Positions 57,528 through 64,000 of a stretch of DNA of 64,000 nucleotides are shown piece after piece. Source of the stretch: Geopsychrobacteraceae bacterium (GTDB taxonomy: Bacteria > Desulfobacterota > Desulfuromonadia > Desulfuromonadales > Geopsychrobacteraceae); contig OY759353.1 of assembly GCA_963662315.1 (NCBI GenBank), forward strand, positions 3,872,001 through 3,936,000, given 5' to 3'. The position numbers were made by a program, and so were the translations under genes. The notes under the pieces were generated by a model. The model saw nothing but the letters and a program-made list of their open reading frames with translations. It did not search any database and had not been told where the DNA came from. Numbering within the stretch: the first letter of the stretch is position 1; the number at the start of each line of letters is the position of its first letter.

Positions 57528-59222
57528 ATGTCACTGGATATTCTTAGAGGTAATGTCGTAAAAAGTTTATTTCCTTTTTTATTCTGGGGAGTTAAACAGT
57601 CAAAATCAAGTGTTAAGAGCGATATTATTGCCGGGCTAACAGGAGCTGTTATTGTCCTTCCCCAGGGAGTTGCGTATGCGATGATAGCAGGGCTTCCGCC
57701 TGAATACGGTATTTATACTGCCATAATACCAGCCATTATTGCTGCGTTATATGGTTCATCGCTGCACTCTATAACTGGGCCAACTGCTGCAACATCCATC
57801 ATTGTTTTAATGATAGTTGGATCAATAGTTCCTCCTGAAGATCCTGCTTTTATTCCTTGTGTTCTAACGTTGACTTTTTTGGCTGGGGTATTCCAACTTG
57901 CTTTAGGTATTTCCCGTCTAGGGGTTTTGATCAATTTTATTTCCCATTCCGTAGTTATTGGCTTTACCGCGGGAGCAGCAATATTGATAGCTACAAGTCA
58001 ATTTAAACATTTTTTTGGTTTGCCCTTGCCAAGTTCAGGAGAATTTATCGGGACTCTTGTCGGTCTGGCAACGGAATTCCCTCAGAGCAATTTTGCTAAT
58101 GTTGGAATCGCAACATTCACTATATTAATTACGTTAGTTTTAAAAAAATTACGTCCCCAATATCCTGGAATGCTAATCAGCATGATTGTTAGCGGTTTCG
58201 TTTGTTATTTATTTAATATAGGAGAAAAATTCGGCGTGCCTATGGTGGGTTCACTTCCGGGCCAACTGCCTCCATTATCCGCCCCCAATTTTGGTGGTCC
58301 TTATATGCCCCAACTCATGTCTGGCGCTATATCGGTTGGAATTCTGAGTTTGGTTCAGGCAATTTCTACAGCTCGTGCTGTTGCTGTCCGTTCCCAGCAG
58401 ACGTTGGATAATAATCAAGAATTCATCGGACAGGGTTTGGCGAATATCGTTGGAAGCTTTTTCTCTTGTTATGCGGGCTCAGGGTCTTTTACACGTTCAG
58501 GGGCAAATTATGATGCAGGTGCAAAAACCCCAGTTGCTGCAATATTTTCAGCAATTTTTCTAACTGTAATTTTACTTTTGATTCCTGGAGCAACGGCCTA
58601 TTTGCCTATCCCTTCAATGGCGGGGGTTATTTTAGTTATTGCTTGGAATTTGATTGATGTCCAAAGCGTTAAAGTGATTTTAAAAACGAGCAAAAGGGAA
58701 ACCTTGGTTCTTACTGGAACCTTTATCGGAACGCTATTTCTTCCTTTGGATCAAGCTGTTTATCTGGGAGCTTTATTGGCGTTGATTCTTTATTTAAAGC
58801 AAACATCACGTCCTAGTATTGTACCTTTTATACCAGAGTTGAGTAACGGAACCTTTAACATTAGGGAAGTAAAGGATTTGAAGGATTTTAAATTTTCGAA
58901 CCTTGCGGTTATCCGTTTAGATGGGTCCCTTTATTTTGGATCTGTGGATCATGTACATAATTTTATTCAAGAAATTTTAAAAAATGACATTAAAAATATT
59001 CTGGTTATCTGTAACAGTATAAATTTCATAGATATTGCTGGAGCAGAAATGCTGCTAAAAGAGTCAAGATTGCTTGCTCAAAAAGGGATTGGACTGTATT
59101 TTAGCGAATTAAAGTATCAAGCTCTCAAACCTCTAATCAAGGGTGGATATCTTGATAAAATTGGTTCTGATAAATTGTTCCCAACAACACAGTTGGCATT
59201 AGATAGCCTTGTAAAAAATTAA
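57528..59222 (+). CDS. SulP family anion transporter with STAS domain
   Basis: DIIAGLT..VIVLPQGVAYAMIAGLPPEYGIY, GPT, NQEFIGQG, SGSFTRS, STAS RLDGSLYFG; start placed at ATG 57528. Confidence 0.94.
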   Translation: MSLDILRGNVVKSLFPFLFWGVKQSKSSVKSDIIAGLTGAVIVLPQGVAYAMIAGLPPEYGIYTAIIPAIIAALYGSSLHSITGPTAATSIIVLMIVGSIVPPEDPAFIPCVLTLTFLAGVFQLALGISRLGVLINFISHSVVIGFTAGAAILIATSQFKHFFGLPLPSSGEFIGTLVGLATEFPQSNFANVGIATFTILITLVLKKLRPQYPGMLISMIVSGFVCYLFNIGEKFGVPMVGSLPGQLPPLSAPNFGGPYMPQLMSGAISVGILSLVQAISTARAVAVRSQQTLDNNQEFIGQGLANIVGSFFSCYAGSGSFTRSGANYDAGAKTPVAAIFSAIFLTVILLLIPGATAYLPIPSMAGVILVIAWNLIDVQSVKVILKTSKRETLVLTGTFIGTLFLPLDQAVYLGALLALILYLKQTSRPSIVPFIPELSNGTFNIREVKDLKDFKFSNLAVIRLDGSLYFGSVDHVHNFIQEILKNDIKNILVICNSINFIDIAGAEMLLKESRLLAQKGIGLYFSELKYQALKPLIKGGYLDKIGSDKLFPTTQLALDSLVKN

Positions 59223-59286
59223 AAGGTCACTAGCCACTAAATTGATTAAATAACACCAATTTGGCTATGTTTGAAAGGATTATATT

Positions 59287-60003
59287 TTGATCGCAGACTT
59301 TGATTACAAACCCATCCAAGTAGGCACAACCCCAGAAAAAGTTATTGAGCAACTTATTGAAAATTTGAAGAATGGCAAGCTTGAACCAGGGAAAAAGTTG
59401 CCTTCACAAAGAACTCTAGCTGAAATGTTCGGAGTCGGACGATCCTCCATTCGAGAGGCGCTTCAAGTTTTGTCAGTCATGGGTTGTCTTGAAATGATCC
59501 AGGGGAAGGGGACGTTTGTTAGCAAAAACGCCCTAAAGAAATTACAAGAAACGCCAAGGTTGGATGAAGCATTTCAGGCCGCAACAATTTACAATCTCGT
59601 TGAGGCTCGTACCACCCTTGAATGCAAAATAGCAGAATTGGCAGCAGAAAGAGCTGAAGAAAAGCATATAGTTCGCTTGAAAGAAGCCGTTGATAGACTG
59701 AAAAATAACGACTCTAATAGAGAGCTGTTTTTAAAGGCCGATGCAGATTTCCATTATGCGTTGATGGATGCAGCAAACAATGATGTTCTATCAGAATTAT
59801 TGACTTATTTGAGGCAAAAACTTTTATATGAACACGGTAGTTTTTTTGCCTCCTCTCCACAGGTCACTATCAAAAAAACAATTGAAACCGCAGAAATTAT
59901 TCTTAACAGTGTCATCAATAGTGACGCTGAAGGTGCAGTTGCTGGCATGGAAGAGCACTTAAAAGAAGTTCTTTTGAGCACTGCTCCGAATACTCAAAAT
60001 TAG
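59287..60003 (+). CDS. FadR-subfamily GntR regulator
   Basis: PGKKLPSQRTLAEMFGVGRSSIREAL...QGKGTFV; FCD domain EAR..LE and ADADFH. Confidence 0.94.
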   Translation: MIADFDYKPIQVGTTPEKVIEQLIENLKNGKLEPGKKLPSQRTLAEMFGVGRSSIREALQVLSVMGCLEMIQGKGTFVSKNALKKLQETPRLDEAFQAATIYNLVEARTTLECKIAELAAERAEEKHIVRLKEAVDRLKNNDSNRELFLKADADFHYALMDAANNDVLSELLTYLRQKLLYEHGSFFASSPQVTIKKTIETAEIILNSVINSDAEGAVAGMEEHLKEVLLSTAPNTQN

Positions 60004-60016
60004 ATTTTTCCCGCTA

Positions 60017-60094
60017 TGGTCTGATGGTCTGAAGACCTATTGACTTTTGTGTCAAAACCAGTTAAAAAGAAAAAACCAAGTGGTCTGAAGACCT
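60017..60094 (+). promoter_or_regulatory. Operator copies 2 and 3 flanking a sigma-70-like promoter
   Basis: TGGTCTGAAGACCT at 60025 and 60081, an extra half-site TGGTCTGA at 60017, and TTGACT (60040)-N17-TAAAAA between them. Confidence 0.85.
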
Positions 60095-60297
60095 GATAGG
60101 TTTCAGGATCATCTCTACATATACCTATGCTCAACGAAGAGTTCCTCAGTTAAATATTGCTTCAATTTGTTTCAAGTGTATGTCGAATCGCGACGATGTG
60201 CACTTCCCATCCAGAGCCAATGACGTCTAGGGTTTCGCAGTATTGTTTTTTTGATATTACTTTCAACCTAAAACTATGAACCTGAAAGGTGAATCAC

Positions 60298-61251
60298 ATG
60301 ACTAAAAAAGCAAAACATTTGCTACTTGTGGCCAGTGTGTTACTGATTGGAATGGTGAGCTACTCTTCTGCTGCGGACGATATGCAATTGACTTTTGCTA
60401 CTGGTCCAACAGGTGGATCTTTTTTCCCTCTTGGAGGCACTATTGCACAAATGTGGAATAAAAGTGTCGACGGTGTAAACGTTACGGCAATTTCTACTGC
60501 TGCAGGCTTTGAAAATCTTCGTCTGCTTGAAACCAATGATGCATCATTTGCCTTACTGCCAGAGAGTATTTCCTATTTTGGTGCAACTGGAACAGGTATC
60601 GCAGCCAAGTTGGGAGAGCAGTTTAAAGAGTTTGATGTCCTCGCCCGGATTTATCCCGAGGCCGTTCAGATTTTTGCTAAAAAAGATAGTGGCATCAACG
60701 AAATTACAGATTTTAAAGGAAAGAAAGTATCTTTGGGGGCCATTGGCGGATACCAGTATTTGCTGGGAGCCCAGGTTTTTGAACTGGCAGGGCTTGGCAA
60801 AAGTGATTATAAGCCATCCTTTACCGGCTATTCTGTTGCCGGCGAACAATTTCAGGATGGGATGATCGATGGTGGCTTCTTTTTAACCGGTATTCCTAAC
60901 TCAACATTAACCCAGCTTGCAGTAAGTACAAAAATCAAATTTATCCCTGTGAGCGATCAGGTTATCGGCGAACTTAAAAAGGAAATTCCTTTTGCATCAA
61001 AGATGATGATCCCAGCTTCAAGTTACTCTTCTCTGGACAAAGACACCCAAACTTTTTCTATCTGGACCCTGCTTCTGGTCAGAAAAGATACTCCTGAAGA
61101 TCTTGTTTATAAGTTAACCAAAAATCTGTTCGAAAAATCAGCCGAAATGGCACAAACAAATGGCATCGCTAAATGGATTGATGTCGCTAATCAAAAGGAT
61201 ATTTCTCTGCCTGTTCATCCAGGTGCACAGAAATACTATCAAGAACAATAA
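60298..61251 (+). CDS. TAXI-family TRAP substrate-binding protein
   Basis: Signal peptide, ATGPTGGSFFPLG, IYPEAVQI, DFKGKKVSLG, PVHPGAQKYY. Confidence 0.93.
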   Translation: MTKKAKHLLLVASVLLIGMVSYSSAADDMQLTFATGPTGGSFFPLGGTIAQMWNKSVDGVNVTAISTAAGFENLRLLETNDASFALLPESISYFGATGTGIAAKLGEQFKEFDVLARIYPEAVQIFAKKDSGINEITDFKGKKVSLGAIGGYQYLLGAQVFELAGLGKSDYKPSFTGYSVAGEQFQDGMIDGGFFLTGIPNSTLTQLAVSTKIKFIPVSDQVIGELKKEIPFASKMMIPASSYSSLDKDTQTFSIWTLLLVRKDTPEDLVYKLTKNLFEKSAEMAQTNGIAKWIDVANQKDISLPVHPGAQKYYQEQ

Positions 61252-61258
61252 TTAGTGT

Positions 61259-61304
61259 TATCCAGATGGAGAGTTTTACGACAAGACAACTCTCCATCTG
61301 GATA
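61259..61304 (+). repeat. 17-bp perfect hairpin between the binding-protein and permease genes
   Basis: TATCCAGATGGAGAGTT-N12-AACTCTCCATCTGGATA; no U-tract. Confidence 0.85.
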
Positions 61305-61325
61305 TTGCAATAGGCCTCAATTATT

Positions 61326-63188
61326 ATGAATAAATTAAATATATCAAGTATGAGAAATTACGCTGTTGCCGGTCTGGCAGTTGCATTTTCATGCTATCAG
61401 TTATACACGGCTATTTTCGGAGCTCTTGAGCCACTCGTACATAGGCCAATTCACCTTGCTTTTGTTCTGGGCATGGTCTTCCTGGTTGCTCCAGCACTGA
61501 AAAACGGTAAATTTTATTTTTTCGACGGGTTATTTTCTTTACTCGGAATGGGGCTATGCCTTTACCTTGTCTTTAACTATGAGCGCCTTATCTGGTCAGT
61601 AGGAAGGTATTCGAACCTTGATTATTTTGTTGGCGGGTTAGGTTTGCTGCTTATTTTAGAGGCATGCCGCCGGGTCATTGGCTGGCCACTGTTGATCGTT
61701 GTGCTCGTCTTTATCACTTATGCTCTTTTTGGTAATTATTTTCCAGGTTTTTTAGTCCATCGCGGTTTTTCCTTATCAAGAGTTGTTGCCCGTCTCTATT
61801 TCACAACAGAAGGTGTACTCGGTATTCCTTTGGGGGCATCAGCGACATACATATTCCTGTTTTTGCTTTTTGGTACTTTACTCTCATACACAGGAGTTTC
61901 CGCATACTTTCTTGAATTAGCCATGTGCCTGGCTGGCTCCAAGCCTGGGGGCCCTGCAAAAGTCGCTGTCATTGGTTCCGCACTCTTTGGGAGTGTTTCG
62001 GGGAGTTCCATTGCCAATGTTATGGGGACTGGTAGCTTCACGATTCCCATGATGAAAAAATTGGGTTATAAGCCTGAATTTGCCGCCGCTGTTGAGGCTG
62101 TGGCATCGACAGGAGGACAACTCATGCCACCAGTTATGGGAACGGCAGCGTTTCTTATGGCTGAATTTCTCGGTGTGTCATATTGGTCTGTTGTAAAAGC
62201 GGCTATTATTCCCGGTCTATTATATTTTGTGTGTGCATATTGTGCAGTTCACTTTGAAGCAAAACGTACAGGCTTAAAGGGGCTTACCAAAGCAGAACTT
62301 CCTAAGGGGCGTAAAGTTTTCAAAAAATTATACCTCGTGTCTCCTTTGGCTTTAATTATTATTTTTCTCGCCGTTGGATATACTCCGATTCGCAGTGCCC
62401 TCTATGGCATGGTTGCCTGTATTGTGGTTGGTATAATTAATCCAGACGTAAAGATTACGATCCGTGGTTTAATCGGTGCACTGCAAGACTCTGCCAATAG
62501 TGTACTAAGTGTTGCAATAGCAACCGCTAATGCAGGTATCATTGTCGGAGTTGTGACATTAACAGGCATCGGAATGAAAATGGGAGATGGGCTTGTAACC
62601 TTGGCCCATGGCTACATGTTTCCCACTTTGTTGCTCGTAGCATTGGCATCGTTGGTTCTGGGTATGGGCGTCCCTACCGCACCTAATTATGTTATCACCT
62701 CAATGGTAGCAGCCCCAGCATTGATCAAATTAGGAATTGATCCTTTAGTCGCAAACATGTTTGTGCTCTATTTCGGCATAATTTCAGATATTACTCCTCC
62801 TGTATGTCTCTCCGCATTTGCTGCTTCAGCTATTGCAGGATCTAATGCGATTAAAACTGGAATTCAAGCGTCACTAAATGGAATTGGTGGATTTTTAGCT
62901 CCTTTTATTTTCGTAGCATCCCCAGTGCTAATGTTTGTCGATTTTACACTACTTGATTTTGTTATTTCATTGGTAAGTTCACTACTTGGAATTGTTTTAA
63001 TCAGCGGTGTAGTTGCGGGTTTTCTTGGTAAAAAATTAAGCATTCCGGAACAACTTCTCTTAGTAGTAGCAGGTATTTTCTTAATTCTCCACATTGGGAT
63101 TTTGAAAATTATCGGGCTGCTTTTAGCTGGGTTGTTTTTTGGCTTGGTGCGAACTAAAAGAAGCAATAGAACCGCCTCAGTTGTGTAA
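61326..63188 (+). CDS. Fused TRAP permease (4TM/12TM, TAXI-associated)
   Basis: GGPAKVAV, GSVSGSSIANV, EAVASTGGQLMPPVMG, LGMGVPT, DITPPV. Confidence 0.95.
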   Translation: MNKLNISSMRNYAVAGLAVAFSCYQLYTAIFGALEPLVHRPIHLAFVLGMVFLVAPALKNGKFYFFDGLFSLLGMGLCLYLVFNYERLIWSVGRYSNLDYFVGGLGLLLILEACRRVIGWPLLIVVLVFITYALFGNYFPGFLVHRGFSLSRVVARLYFTTEGVLGIPLGASATYIFLFLLFGTLLSYTGVSAYFLELAMCLAGSKPGGPAKVAVIGSALFGSVSGSSIANVMGTGSFTIPMMKKLGYKPEFAAAVEAVASTGGQLMPPVMGTAAFLMAEFLGVSYWSVVKAAIIPGLLYFVCAYCAVHFEAKRTGLKGLTKAELPKGRKVFKKLYLVSPLALIIIFLAVGYTPIRSALYGMVACIVVGIINPDVKITIRGLIGALQDSANSVLSVAIATANAGIIVGVVTLTGIGMKMGDGLVTLAHGYMFPTLLLVALASLVLGMGVPTAPNYVITSMVAAPALIKLGIDPLVANMFVLYFGIISDITPPVCLSAFAASAIAGSNAIKTGIQASLNGIGGFLAPFIFVASPVLMFVDFTLLDFVISLVSSLLGIVLISGVVAGFLGKKLSIPEQLLLVVAGIFLILHIGILKIIGLLLAGLFFGLVRTKRSNRTASVV

Positions 63189-63225
63189 ATTGAACTTGTA
63201 TAAAAGAGAAGAGACCCATATCTAG

Positions 63226-63239
63226 TGGTCTGAAGACCT
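63226..63239 (+). promoter_or_regulatory. Operator copy 4
   Basis: TGGTCTGAAGACCT, 19 nt before the ATG at 63259. Confidence 0.85.
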
Positions 63240-63258
63240 GAACATGGAGAGTGTGCCT

Positions 63259-64000
63259 ATGTTACAACAATTTTTTGATAAAAATAAAAATTTACTGGTG
63301 AATATCAATGGAAAATTAGTTCATCGCAATGAAGCTGGCGTCAGTCCTTTTGACTCATCTGTTCAAAATGGCGATACCATGTGGGAAGGGCTACGCCTTT
63401 ATAAAGGGAGAATTTTTAGGCTTGAGCAGCACCTGGATAGACTCGAAACTAGTGCCAGAATGTCTCGCTATGAAGGCTTTCCATCCCGGGACAAGATTAA
63501 GGAAGAACTCAAGAAAACATTAGCCGCAAATGATATGACGGACAATGTTCATGTTCGTCTGATTGTATCCAGAGGCTTGAAATATACCTCTGGATCTGAC
63601 CCAAGAATCAACACTCAGGGTTGCTCAATGTTTATTCTGGCTGAGCACAAGCCACCAGTCTATGACCGCAGTGGAGTCGTTTTGATTACGGCAAAGCAAA
63701 GACGTCCCTTTGCAAATGTCCTTGATCAAAGAATTCATTCAAGTAATCAGTTGACCTCCATTTTGGCCAAAATTGAAGCCAATGATGCCGGTGTTGATGA
63801 TGCCTTGATGTTGGATACCGACGGAAACCTTGCAGAAACAAACTCCACCCATATTTTCCTGGTTAAGGACAGAAAAGTTTTAACCTCCACAACCAAGGCC
63901 TGTCCGACAGGAATCACCCGTTTAACTGTTTTGGAATTATGTGAAAAGCATAATATCCCATGCGAAGTCAGAGATATTCCGGAAGAGGAAATCCACCAAG
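63259..64000 (+). CDS. Fold-type IV (class IV aminotransferase-like) protein; 3' end runs off the window
   Basis: Not in the ORF track (no stop in the window). Manual translation: MLQQFFDKNKNLLVNINGKLV..SPFDSSVQNGDTMWEGLRLY..FRLEQHLDRL..RLIVSRG..LDQRIHSSNQLTSILAKIEA..ALMLD..LAETNSTHIF..GITR. Confidence 0.9.
   Translation, partial: MLQQFFDKNKNLLVNINGKLVHRNEAGVSPFDSSVQNGDTMWEGLRLYKGRIFRLEQHLDRLETSARMSRYEGFPSRDKIKEELKKTLAANDMTDNVHVRLIVSRGLKYTSGSDPRINTQGCSMFILAEHKPPVYDRSGVVLITAKQRRPFANVLDQRIHSSNQLTSILAKIEANDAGVDDALMLDTDGNLAETNSTHIFLVKDRKVLTSTTKACPTGITRLTVLELCEKHNIPCEVRDIPEEEIHQ

Noticed and set aside
60040..60056. TTGAC...GTCAA palindrome as an FNR-type site
   Set aside because: The spacing does not fit the N4 consensus; better explained as the -35 element.
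63329..63523. 64-aa ORF in the track
   Set aside because: It is out of frame inside the real gene that starts at 63259.

Overview
Gene-dense bacterial chromosome segment; the c7-type cytochrome, ahbD-hemE-hemH and several sigma-54 promoters suggest an anaerobic Desulfuromonadales/Geobacter-like organism (inference). Contents in order: a PsrA-like TetR-led RND efflux operon followed by a YbhGFS-type ABC exporter; sigma-54 glnK-amtB; an LTA-synthase-family/eptA/dgkA/two-component envelope-modification operon; a sigma-54 glutamine catabolic unit (AGCS symporter, glutaminase, NAD-GDH, sensor kinase, enhancer-binding regulator, orphan GlnH-like protein); a triheme cytochrome; a sigma-54 hydroxyproline dehydratase (HypD) operon with three transporters; housekeeping and stress genes; a FabX-like flavoenzyme divergent from a two-component system; heme biosynthesis; and, from about 57.2 kb, an AT-richer catabolic block (SulP, FadR/GntR, TAXI-TRAP, fold-type IV enzyme) with four identical 14-bp operators. 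I saw no rRNA, tRNA, CRISPR array, transposase or integrase. Best candidates for new biology: (1) the GntR block, whose fold-IV enzyme has His where the Schiff-base Lys is expected; (2) the HypD operon without an adjacent proC and with an ANKH-like transporter; (3) a FabX-like gene under a probable intramembrane-sensing kinase; (4) a CDGSH protein with a natural His-to-Cys ligand change; (5) a Zn-ribbon plus UvrD/PcrA-Tudor protein. All homology calls come from motif recognition and remembered reference sequences, not from database searches.
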